Origin: a virus
Lineage: Duplodnaviria; Caudoviricetes
Virus record (IMG/VR): IMGVR_UViG_3300025387_000009
Strand: one strand, 5' to 3'
Length of the DNA stretch: 64,000 nucleotides
The notes under the pieces were generated by a model. The model was not told the origin of the DNA and did no database searches. It saw nothing but the letters and a program-made list of their open reading frames with translations. This document shows, one piece after another, positions 53,974 through 63,266 of this stretch. A program made the translations under genes and the position numbers. Positions within the stretch are counted from its first letter, which is position 1; each line of letters begins with the position of its first letter.

Positions 53974-54384
53974 ATGAAAAAATATGAAAAAATTTATAGA
54001 GATTTGATTTCTTATAATCCGCCATCGTTTGATAATAAAGAAATAAAAAGTTTTGATGGTGAAAACTACGAATCAAAAAATTTTATTGCTTATAAAGTTG
54101 AATATAAAATAAAATATACTGATAAAGATAAAATTCACGTATCAGGATATGATTTTTTAACTGAAAAAGACGCTGAAACTGAAATGTTTAATTTTTTTAA
54201 TAAGATTATAAATGATTTACCTGCAAATATAGCAAATAAACATTTACAAGATATCGCTGATCAAGAAAAAAATAAACCGGAAGAATATCTATCTTATGAA
54301 GATGGGTTGAAAGCCTTTGAAAACATTAAAAGAAAATTAAGAGGCGAAAGTTTTAAAGATTTCTTTAATTCAAGACCATCCTAA
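53974..54384 (+). CDS. Hypothetical late protein on the opposite strand within the replication module
   Basis: TAAATA 53961-53966 lies 7 nt upstream; ends GESFKDFFNSRPS. Confidence 0.6.
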   Translation: MKKYEKIYRDLISYNPPSFDNKEIKSFDGENYESKNFIAYKVEYKIKYTDKDKIHVSGYDFLTEKDAETEMFNFFNKIINDLPANIANKHLQDIADQEKNKPEEYLSYEDGLKAFENIKRKLRGESFKDFFNSRPS

Positions 54385-55011
54385 TGCTTCTGAAACATTA
54401 GGAAATTGATCTTTAAAAATATCTTTAATTGCATATGCAATTTCACGATGTTCTTTTTGAGTATCTTCTTTTGCTCTAATATCAATATAGTGAATCCAGC
54501 TACGAATAGTACCACTCATATAAATCGTAGTAGAAGTATTAAGAGGTAAAACCATACGAGCACATTCTTTTGCAACGCCTTGATCAATTAATTCATGATA
54601 AAGCTCTTCGCATTTATTTTGCACTAAACATAATTCGTCTCGTAGATTAACTGGAAGTTCTACTATTTCATCACCAACTTGACGATTTGTTTTACCTTGT
54701 AATCTCCACTCAATATCTTCAAGTTCAGTTGCTGTCGAATATCTTTGGGAAAATTCTTGAAAAGAAAAACTACGATGACGTAAAATCTGTGCAGCAATTG
54801 CACGAGATGTTTTAATTTCTATTGTCATACTTGCCATCTCCATAGGCGACCAGTGTTTGTGCTTGATTAAATAAGCAAGCAGCTTTGGTGCGGTTTCGGT
54901 ATTCATCTGATTAGATGGATTAGAAACTCTTGCGCAGTAAGAAATTAAATCTTCTGCTGTCGTTAAGCCTTCTATTTCGGGTTTAGTTATTGATACTAGT
55001 TTTGTTTTCAT
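54370..55011 (-). CDS. thyX: Flavin-dependent thymidylate synthase
   Basis: YCARVS, KHWSPME, RHRSFSFQEFSQRY, ECARMVLP, TQKEHR. Confidence 0.97.
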   Translation of the reverse strand: MKTKLVSITKPEIEGLTTAEDLISYCARVSNPSNQMNTETAPKLLAYLIKHKHWSPMEMASMTIEIKTSRAIAAQILRHRSFSFQEFSQRYSTATELEDIEWRLQGKTNRQVGDEIVELPVNLRDELCLVQNKCEELYHELIDQGVAKECARMVLPLNTSTTIYMSGTIRSWIHYIDIRAKEDTQKEHREIAYAIKDIFKDQFPNVSEALGWS

Positions 55012-57581
55012 GAAAATAAAGAAATTAAATCGTTATACTCCTCGCAACCAATTTCCGGTGTGGGCCAACCAATAATGTTAAAGATTCTGGTTACAACAGG
55101 CATGACTGTTTTCTCAAACATCATCTTGTAATCGGGTTTAATATAAGCTTGAATTTCTGTCGGCAATTCATCGGCAAATGCAAATGCATCATAACCAAAT
55201 TTATTTTTCTTACAATAAAAAACCTTTATTTTAGACCCAGTTTGGATTGGATGATATTTATTTTCAAGGTTTAACTTCTTGAGTAGAGTATTAAAATATA
55301 TAGCAGCCTTAGTATGACCTTGAGTACCCTTGGCAATTTGATCATCTTTAACTTTATCTTGATATTCCTTTAACTTGTTTACCTTTTTTCTAATTGCAAT
55401 TGCGTCAACAGGAAGACTACAGAATTGTTCGTATCCATTTTGAAAAAGCTGATTAGCTTTCTTTCTATCTTTAGAGAGAATCGCAGATTCAACAATAGAT
55501 TTGATCAATTCTTTAATTTCTTTTGAAATTTTTGAAGTGGCAACCTCAATTCCTTTATACAAAAATTCATTAGTTGGTACACCTTCGCTATCCAAGATAT
55601 GAAGAATGTAATATTTTTTTGCCTGAAGCAAAGCGGCATCGCATATTTTTTCTCTCTTGAAAAAATATCTTGGATCAATTGTCTTTAATTCGATTTTAGC
55701 CCACTCATTAATTTTTTCATTAAGGTATTTTCCAATATCTTTAATAGTTTCGGATGCTTCAGGTGTGATTTCGTTATTTTTCCCCAAAATGATACCCATC
55801 TTGTCAAATAATTTTCTAAAACTGAAGTATACGCTATCTGTATCGGAATAAACACAAATATCATGAAGATCTCCATCAAATCCCTTACTAACTGCATACT
55901 CATGAACTATTCTTGCTCCGTTTTTAACGACTGCTTGTCCTGTTAACGTAACACTTTCTGCATGTTCGATATCAAAAAGTGGAGAATAGATGTTAGAAAA
56001 GACCCCATAAATAGAATTAAGAAGAGTTTTATACACGTTTTGAAGTGTATAATTGTCATTAGCTTCTTCCTCAAGAATTCTCTTTTCGTTTTCATCCTTT
56101 GTCTTAGCTAATTTCTTTTCTGCTTCCAACATTTTATTCTTTGCTGCAATTCTTTCGTTGTAAAGTTTATCAATCAACTTTGGAACAACGCCTTTTACTT
56201 TTTGTGTGTATAAAATATTTGCCTTTGTAATTGAAAGTTGTTGTTCGGTGATAAATTTTTTAAAATTATCAGCTGTAAATGACATTTTTTTGTCGTTTGA
56301 AAACATTACTTCGAACTTTCCATCTTCAAACTTTGAAATTTTACCAATCTTTGTCTCTGGTGAGATATTTAAAGTAATAATTGTATTTGGATAAAGACTA
56401 TTTGCATCATATGTGACTAGATCGTCGTATAAGCCAGGCACTGGTTCGTAAACATAGCCACCAGCGAAGGATTTTTTCTCTCTTTCGTCTTTAAATGTTG
56501 GAATTATATAGCCATCTCTCATTGCTTGGTGCGCAACTGCACCAGTAATGACGGAAACCTTTGCCAGTGCCTTTGTAAACGGTACAAATCCCCTATAAGA
56601 AAGGTTGCGAATGAGTCTAAGATACTTTAATTTTTCCTCCAGCTTGATTAAAATACGAACGTCCTGAATGTTATAGTCAACAAACTTCATCCAATCCTCA
56701 TCAGCAAGGCGAGAAAGCGAATAACTACCAACTGCAATTTTCCCTTCACCTAATTCATATTCGCCAATGTAATTTAAACCATAGCTTTCACGATCACCCA
56801 TTGAGAATGTCTTATAAACTTCCATGTAGTCCAAAATACTAATACCGTGAATATACCAACGATCAATTGCTTGACCTAATTTGTTAACGGAAACCTTTTC
56901 CCTGAATTGAATTCTATTAACAGGTGATAATTCCTTTGGTTTACTCTCGTCTTCCCAAATTTTCGCAATTCTATTAATAATATATGGAATATCATAGTTA
57001 TCAATGTTCCAACCAGTGACAATATCAGGATAATCCTTTTTCCAAAACTTAAGAAATTGAGTCAGAAGATCTTTTTCCGAATAACACTTGATATATTTTA
57101 CATTTTCATCAGTTGTTGCGTATTTATTACAACCAAATGTGTAATATATTTCACTTAAAGAATCATAAATTGTAATAAGATTGATTGGATCATTTGCATC
57201 GGATGCTTTCGAGAAACCTGTACCATCCGAATAAGTCTCAATATCAATATAAAAGATTTTTAATGGTTGTTTTCCATAATCTTCTTTGTCTACATCGTTC
57301 TTAAAGTTATCAAGAAGAAATTGTTGGTCAGTTCCGAGATTGTAAAACAATCTATCAATAGGGGTTTCTTCTATAAACTTATTTCTAGCTCTTTGATTGT
57401 TAAATTTAACCTTTTTAAGGGAAGAATTAAAGATAGATTTGCCATCGCAACCATTTTGCGATTCGATATATAAATATGGAGAATATGAGCATAGAACCTT
57501 TGTTCTATTGCCGTCTTTATCCCAAGTAAAGAGGTGAATTACCTCATTATTATTGTCATAGTATATTCCTCTATAGCTCAT
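55008..57581 (-). CDS. gp43: Family B DNA polymerase
   Basis: Exo DIET, GWNIDNYDIPY, YNIQD; Pol YDANSLYP, KTLLNSIYG, YSDTDS, KKYY. Confidence 0.97.
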   Translation of the reverse strand: MSYRGIYYDNNNEVIHLFTWDKDGNRTKVLCSYSPYLYIESQNGCDGKSIFNSSLKKVKFNNQRARNKFIEETPIDRLFYNLGTDQQFLLDNFKNDVDKEDYGKQPLKIFYIDIETYSDGTGFSKASDANDPINLITIYDSLSEIYYTFGCNKYATTDENVKYIKCYSEKDLLTQFLKFWKKDYPDIVTGWNIDNYDIPYIINRIAKIWEDESKPKELSPVNRIQFREKVSVNKLGQAIDRWYIHGISILDYMEVYKTFSMGDRESYGLNYIGEYELGEGKIAVGSYSLSRLADEDWMKFVDYNIQDVRILIKLEEKLKYLRLIRNLSYRGFVPFTKALAKVSVITGAVAHQAMRDGYIIPTFKDEREKKSFAGGYVYEPVPGLYDDLVTYDANSLYPNTIITLNISPETKIGKISKFEDGKFEVMFSNDKKMSFTADNFKKFITEQQLSITKANILYTQKVKGVVPKLIDKLYNERIAAKNKMLEAEKKLAKTKDENEKRILEEEANDNYTLQNVYKTLLNSIYGVFSNIYSPLFDIEHAESVTLTGQAVVKNGARIVHEYAVSKGFDGDLHDICVYSDTDSVYFSFRKLFDKMGIILGKNNEITPEASETIKDIGKYLNEKINEWAKIELKTIDPRYFFKREKICDAALLQAKKYYILHILDSEGVPTNEFLYKGIEVATSKISKEIKELIKSIVESAILSKDRKKANQLFQNGYEQFCSLPVDAIAIRKKVNKLKEYQDKVKDDQIAKGTQGHTKAAIYFNTLLKKLNLENKYHPIQTGSKIKVFYCKKNKFGYDAFAFADELPTEIQAYIKPDYKMMFEKTVMPVVTRIFNIIGWPTPEIGCEEYNDLISLFS

Positions 57582-57589
57582 TTACTGTG

Positions 57590-57618
57590 ATAATATCATT
57601 TGTAACTTTTTTTGTCAA
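57590..57618 (-). promoter_or_regulatory. Sigma70 promoter for DNA polymerase
   Basis: Minus strand TTGACA, 17 nt, TATTAT, 8 nt, ATG 57581. Confidence 0.75.
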
Positions 57619-57668
57619 ATTCTAATTTTTTTTTTATTAAAAAGCTATATATTCAAATAAGTAGTTTT

Positions 57669-58472
57669 ATGAAAAAATTTAACAATTCAAAATATACTAA
57701 ATGGTATTTTTCTATTGTCAATCATAGAAAAATAAATCCCGTATTAAATTCTAAATATAAAGAAATACATCATATTGTACCTAGAAAAATGGGCGGAAAC
57801 AACAATAAAGAAAATCTAGTTGCTTTAACCGCAAAGGAACATTTTATTGTACATTTACTTTTAACGAAAATGACAAGCGGATTAGATAAAAAATATATGT
57901 TTCACGCATTAAATTTAATGGCATACACTAGAAAAATTAAATTAACGTCAAAAACATATTCTTATATTAAAGAAAATTATTCTAAAGAAAATTTAGGATA
58001 TAAAAATATAATGTTTGGTAAAGTTGGAGAAAATCATCCAGCATTTGGATATAAACATACTGAAGAACATAAAAAATATATTTCAAATAAGCTTAAAGGA
58101 AGAAAACATAAAGAAGAATCTATAAAAAAAATGTCAGAAAAGGCTAAAGGTAGAAAAATCTCAGAAGAGACAAAAAATAAAATTTCAAAAGCTAATAAAG
58201 GATTTAATAATTTTATGTTTGGCAAAAACCATTCCTTGGAAACTAAACAAAAAATGAAAAAAAATCATTGGTGTTTAAAAAAACCATATAAACTGTGGCA
58301 TATATTAGATAATAGTACTAAAGAAAATATTTTTTACTATGGAAGTATTTATACATTATGTAAAACTTTAAATACTAGAGCATCAATTTTATTAAAAACT
58401 ATTAAAACAAATAAACCTGTTAATAAAGGAGTATTAAAAAATCTTATTATTATAAATTCTTATAATTTTTGA
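57669..58472 (+). mobile_element. Free-standing HNH-NUMOD3 homing endonuclease
   Basis: EIHHIVPRKMGGNNNKENLVALTAKEH, then repeated HTEEHKKYIS / SEETKNKIS units; TAAGTA 5 nt upstream; opposite strand and very AT-rich. Confidence 0.88.
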
Positions 58473-59773
58473 TCTGGGTTTAAATCTATTAACCCCGAAT
58501 TACTTTCGTTTCTTTCTTTAGAACCCCAACTAGTAAAATACAAGTCGTGATATTTTTGAATGTGATCTTCAAGCCACAATCCTTCTGTAAACTTTCTAGC
58601 TTTACCAGAAAGATCCATATAACGATCAAAATCAGATGTCAAATAATCTAATTGGTCAATTAATTCATCACCAGATTTGAATTTATGCTCTGCTTCAGCA
58701 TAGGTGCAAAGATCTTGATACGTGCCAGGTAATCCTAGACCACCTGCTTCAACCATTTTGATGTTGCTCTTTGATTTATTAAAGATGTTATCGATCAATG
58801 GAGCAAAAACTGCATTACAATTAGCATCAACAAGTCCCTGCGGATAATCTGGTAAAGGAGACCAATCAATAAACTCCATTTCGCCATTATCAATATATGG
58901 TTTGACTGCTAATGGGAAACACCCCTTCCAAACAAACTTAAATTTCTTACGAGCCTTGATAATCGAATCAACCACATGGTAGAAATCATCTTTAAGACCT
59001 GTTCTGTTGAGAACATCAATGTGCGTACCTGATCCCGAATAAAGAATACGAGGTCTTTTCTTATTTTGATCGTATAATCTTTCAAGTTTCTGCTTATCGT
59101 AGAATCTATCAAGCCAAAACTTGGGTGCATAATTGGGAATAACTGTAATATTTTTATTACCTGTTTTTTCCTGATAATATTCCTTCATGAATGGGCAAGT
59201 AACGGTAATTTCATCCATCATTCCCATAATTTCCAAGATACTATCAATAATTGATTGATCACAGAAAGCATCTTTGCAACGATTATAGTCTGGAATGTCA
59301 TTTTTGAAAACAATATCATCGACTTCGTAAATTAAACGGAAATCCATTTGCTTACTGGCTTTCTTAAGCTCTTTAATGAAGTCTCTTTGTACAGGAGTTG
59401 CTTGTCTTTGCATTCTAATCGCTTTTACGCTTTGGTAAAAACGAACATCCATTACCATACAGGTTAAACCAGATATACAAGCCTTCTGATATTGATTTAG
59501 CATGAACTCGGGCCAAATCATTCTCCAGAAACCACACCCACCATAGTCCGCATAGTAATTTAACGCTCTAGGAAGAGAACTTTCTGGCATTTCTAATGGT
59601 GGTGGTGCTGGAACATTAACTGGTTTTAATGAAACATGAGAATATACTGGCATTCCTGCTGGTAAACCATGAGGAGGATTTGGAATTCCCGAATATGTCG
59701 GTGCATATTCAAATGTAATACCGTTATTTAACGCAGGTGCTGCTTTTGGTTGTTCTTTGAGTTTAAGTGCCAT
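58460..59773 (-). CDS. Glycosyltransferase (GT-B-like)
   Basis: GGCGFWRM, YEVDD, TVIPN, RILYSGS..H, APL..N.FNKSKSNIK.VEAG. Confidence 0.8.
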   Translation of the reverse strand: MALKLKEQPKAAPALNNGITFEYAPTYSGIPNPPHGLPAGMPVYSHVSLKPVNVPAPPPLEMPESSLPRALNYYADYGGCGFWRMIWPEFMLNQYQKACISGLTCMVMDVRFYQSVKAIRMQRQATPVQRDFIKELKKASKQMDFRLIYEVDDIVFKNDIPDYNRCKDAFCDQSIIDSILEIMGMMDEITVTCPFMKEYYQEKTGNKNITVIPNYAPKFWLDRFYDKQKLERLYDQNKKRPRILYSGSGTHIDVLNRTGLKDDFYHVVDSIIKARKKFKFVWKGCFPLAVKPYIDNGEMEFIDWSPLPDYPQGLVDANCNAVFAPLIDNIFNKSKSNIKMVEAGGLGLPGTYQDLCTYAEAEHKFKSGDELIDQLDYLTSDFDRYMDLSGKARKFTEGLWLEDHIQKYHDLYFTSWGSKERNESNSGLIDLNPDQKL

Positions 59774-59802
59774 ATGTAAATTTATAAAATTATGTTAATA
59801 TA

Positions 59803-61611
59803 TCAACTGACTATTTTAGTGACACCGTTTTCTTTTTCTAGGAGAAGAACATTATCAATTCTTGCCATATCTGATGATTTATGACTTACAATATATACTG
59901 ATTCATCATACTTTACAACTCTTTCTTTTAGCAAACCAATAATTTTGTCGGTTCCTTGTTGGTCGAGTGCAGAATCAATCATTTCATCGTAGATATTCAA
60001 GGAATATGAGGTTCCATTATGTGTTCTCAATAAGTCTTGAAACATAAATAAGATTGCAGTGTCAATTCTTTTTCTTTCTCCACCACTAAAATTAAAATAT
60101 GAACACTCTTTACCTGTTTCATTGGTAATAGTCTCTTCAAATAGCTCGTTAAACTCGCATTTGCATGGAGTATCAAGCTCCTTCAAATAATAATTTAACT
60201 TATTATTAAGAAGTTTAAGCATTTTCTTAACGATATATGTCTTAACGCCTTCTTCTGAAACAATAAACTTAACTGAATCAAGAATTGCCATTTGTGTTTT
60301 TACATCAATTAATTCTTTTTCAGTTTTTTCAATTTCTTTCTTTGTGTTTTCAATGTTTGAATCAATTGATGGATCATCCTTCTTGGTATCCTCAATCCAT
60401 TTCAAACAATCTTTAATGTTTCCTTCGCAATTTAAAATTTTCTGATTATTAATTTTAATGTCATTTTTCTTTTGATCTAATTCTCTAATCTTTTTATTGA
60501 TTTTATCAATTCCTTCTTCGACTTCTTCGATTTTATCATCCCAAGTAATTTTTTCAGCATTAACATTAAATGCTTCTTTCATAAGAGTTGATGTTTTGTC
60601 ATCAATATCTTTTAATAATTGCTTAACGGCTTCAAGATCTTCCTCGCAATAGTCTCTATTACAAGTTGGACACGTATTACCTTTGTCTATAATTTTTTGT
60701 TTCTCCTTTGCTAACTGTTTTATCTCTGCTGATATGTCAGAACTTTTTGTTATTAGATCAGATCTCGTATTAATAAATGATTTAACGCCAGTTTTTAAAA
60801 TGTTAACCTTGTTTTCTTGCTCCTGAATTTGTTTAATAATATCTTCTAATGAAGGAAGATCATTATTCTGTAAATCTTCTATAAGTTTTTCATTATCTCT
60901 AATACGAGAATTAAAAGCATCAATCTTTTCTTGCTTTTTTGTTTCTGCATTAGTCTTTTGATCTTCAAATGTGGTTAAGTTTCTTTGAAGATTAATAAAA
61001 TTGTTACTCAATAAATCATTTTCTTTCTTATAATCATTATAATCACCCCTAGCCTTGAGTAACATTTCACTAAAAATGTTAAGATTAAGAATTCCTTCGA
61101 TGAACTTTCTTTTATCGGTCTTCTTTTGCGCCATAAAAGGCACTGTATTGTTTGCAGACATAATAACTGCATTCTGGAAGACTTCTTCTGTTGCGCCAAG
61201 TATCTCTTTAATATATGCATTAGTCTCTGGCATCGTAGAAAGAGTCATATCAACATCTCTTTGTTGATTGTGAGCAGTGATAGTAACCTTACTTGGTTCT
61301 AAAGATCTTTCTATTGTGTATGGTGTTACATGATTCTCGGTAATTTCTTCAAAATTCAATGAAACCTTACAATCTTTCTTGCTAAGATTATGAATTATCT
61401 TGTCATTTTTAATATCACGAATGGTATTACCAAATAAACACCAGTAAATTGCTTCAAGAATTGAACTTTTACCTATTCCATTCTTACCTCCCTTATCTTT
61501 GTTCTCCCCTGTAATAAGATTTATCCCTTTTTGAAAAGGAATAATCAAAGGTTCTTTACCAACAGATAAAAAATTTTGTATTTCTACGTAGTTGAATTTA
61601 ATTCTTTTCAT
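59803..61611 (-). CDS. gp46: Rad50/SbcC-like recombination ATPase
   Basis: NFLSVG, NGIGKS, CPTC hook, FSGGERKR, YDE..DSALD, VSH. Confidence 0.95.
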   Translation of the reverse strand: MKRIKFNYVEIQNFLSVGKEPLIIPFQKGINLITGENKDKGGKNGIGKSSILEAIYWCLFGNTIRDIKNDKIIHNLSKKDCKVSLNFEEITENHVTPYTIERSLEPSKVTITAHNQQRDVDMTLSTMPETNAYIKEILGATEEVFQNAVIMSANNTVPFMAQKKTDKRKFIEGILNLNIFSEMLLKARGDYNDYKKENDLLSNNFINLQRNLTTFEDQKTNAETKKQEKIDAFNSRIRDNEKLIEDLQNNDLPSLEDIIKQIQEQENKVNILKTGVKSFINTRSDLITKSSDISAEIKQLAKEKQKIIDKGNTCPTCNRDYCEEDLEAVKQLLKDIDDKTSTLMKEAFNVNAEKITWDDKIEEVEEGIDKINKKIRELDQKKNDIKINNQKILNCEGNIKDCLKWIEDTKKDDPSIDSNIENTKKEIEKTEKELIDVKTQMAILDSVKFIVSEEGVKTYIVKKMLKLLNNKLNYYLKELDTPCKCEFNELFEETITNETGKECSYFNFSGGERKRIDTAILFMFQDLLRTHNGTSYSLNIYDEMIDSALDQQGTDKIIGLLKERVVKYDESVYIVSHKSSDMARIDNVLLLEKENGVTKIVS

Positions 61612-61642
61612 TTATACCCTATTAGTATAGGGCGTTTTAAAA

Positions 61643-62554
61643 TTAAATCAACTTTAAAATCCAATCTCTAACATTTATGGTTGGATTATAATTTAAATGT
61701 TTTTTTGCCTCTGAAATATCTGCTAATGTATGCTCGGCTTCACCTTCTCTTGCTGGTATGTGAGTTATATCATCACTTATTAGCTTTGCTATATCATTTA
61801 TAGAAATATTTTCACCTGTTCCGATATTATATAAATTTCTACCATCGTGCGTTGGTGTTTCGGCTGCTAAAATATTAACATTTGCTATATCATGAACATG
61901 GACAAAATCTCTGCGTTGTTCACCTGTTCCAACAATGGTTAACGATTCATTATTATTTTTTTGGCGTTTAAAAATACCTATAACTGGAGCATATTGACCA
62001 GTTGTTGGGCTTCTTTCCCCAAAAACATTAAAATATCTAAATACAACAGTTTTTAAACCATACATCTTTGTATACATTTCAACCATTTGTTCTCCTGAAT
62101 ATTTTGTAGCAGAATATGGGTTCAAACAATCAATTGGTTCATTTTCATCAGTGGGAAGTTTACATAAATTACCATAAACAGAAGAAGTGGAAGAATATAT
62201 AAACTTTTCAACATTATAAAGCCTACTATATTGCAACATTTTGGTTGTACCGACTGCATTTATTTGTGTCGCTCTTACTGGGTTAAGAATTGCAGGACCT
62301 ATTCTAGATTCTGCTGCTAAATGAAAAACATATTTTGCATTTTCAAAAATTTCTTTATGCGGAATGGAATCATCGTTAATATCAAACTTAAAATATTTTG
62401 CAGAATCATTAAAATAAAATTCTTCATTTGATTCGGCTGATAAATCATCGATTACGTATACATCATAATTTTTTTCTATAAGTTTATCAACTAAATGACT
62501 ACCAATAAACCCACAACCACCTGTTACTACTGCTTTATTTTTTAAATTGCTCAT
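61643..62554 (-). CDS. NAD-dependent nucleotide-sugar epimerase/dehydratase
   Basis: VTGGCGFIGSH, HLAA, YSSTSSVYG, YSATK, RYFNVFG. Confidence 0.92.
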   Translation of the reverse strand: MSNLKNKAVVTGGCGFIGSHLVDKLIEKNYDVYVIDDLSAESNEEFYFNDSAKYFKFDINDDSIPHKEIFENAKYVFHLAAESRIGPAILNPVRATQINAVGTTKMLQYSRLYNVEKFIYSSTSSVYGNLCKLPTDENEPIDCLNPYSATKYSGEQMVEMYTKMYGLKTVVFRYFNVFGERSPTTGQYAPVIGIFKRQKNNNESLTIVGTGEQRRDFVHVHDIANVNILAAETPTHDGRNLYNIGTGENISINDIAKLISDDITHIPAREGEAEHTLADISEAKKHLNYNPTINVRDWILKLI

Positions 62555-63266
62555 GTATTAATGTTTTAAATTTTGTTGTGCTCCATCCGTGATCCCTATT
62601 TATGAAATATTCAGTAATATTCAAATCTTTACCTGTATAATCTTTGTCCTTGTAATCATCTCCCATGATTCTAACATGAAATATGAAATTGGATAAAATC
62701 TCATAGAGATCTTTTTCGGTTTCATATGTAATAATTTCATCAATGTATTTGATAGATGATAAAATCTCCTTTCTTTCGTCTACTGTATGAATTGGTTTTA
62801 ATTTTTCTGGTCTTTCTTTCGACGCATCAACATGAAGTAATACCGTAAGATGATCACATTGTTGTTTTGCTTCTTTGAAAGCACAAATATAACCAAAGTG
62901 AACAACATCAAAAGAACCAATTATTACTCCTTTTTTTTGATTTATCGGTTTAAAAAATGATTCACTGTAAATTGCTTTATCATCAACAAATAAATCATAC
63001 GGAGGCTTACCTAAAATTAATTCGTGATATTTTAATCCCCAATTATTAATTTGATTCTTTGTCAGGCTATAATATTTGTCTAAAACCAATGCTAAATTTC
63101 CTTTAAATTCCGTTGTACCCCTAGCAGTATATATTTTAATATAATATCCTTTGTCATAAAGATCATTTACTATGTTAATTCGATCTGTAATAGGAATTGC
63201 ATTGTGATAACCTTTTTTTTCAGTTATACATAAAGTATTATCTAAATCAAAACAATAAATTTGCAT
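62535..63266 (-). CDS. Fused HAD-family phosphatase and HIGH-family cytidylyltransferase
   Basis: N-terminal FDLDNT...IYTARG...GKPPYDLFVDDK; C-terminal GSFDVVHFGY, ERKEIL, MGDDY, STT. Confidence 0.85.
   Translation of the reverse strand: MQIYCFDLDNTLCITEKKGYHNAIPITDRINIVNDLYDKGYYIKIYTARGTTEFKGNLALVLDKYYSLTKNQINNWGLKYHELILGKPPYDLFVDDKAIYSESFFKPINQKKGVIIGSFDVVHFGYICAFKEAKQQCDHLTVLLHVDASKERPEKLKPIHTVDERKEILSSIKYIDEIITYETEKDLYEILSNFIFHVRIMGDDYKDKDYTGKDLNITEYFINRDHGWSTTKFKTLIHEQFKK

Noticed and set aside
14179-57581. Inteins or group I introns in nrdA, nrdB, terminase, helicase, uvsX or polymerase
   Set aside because: All are continuous ORFs of ordinary length with motifs in normal order.
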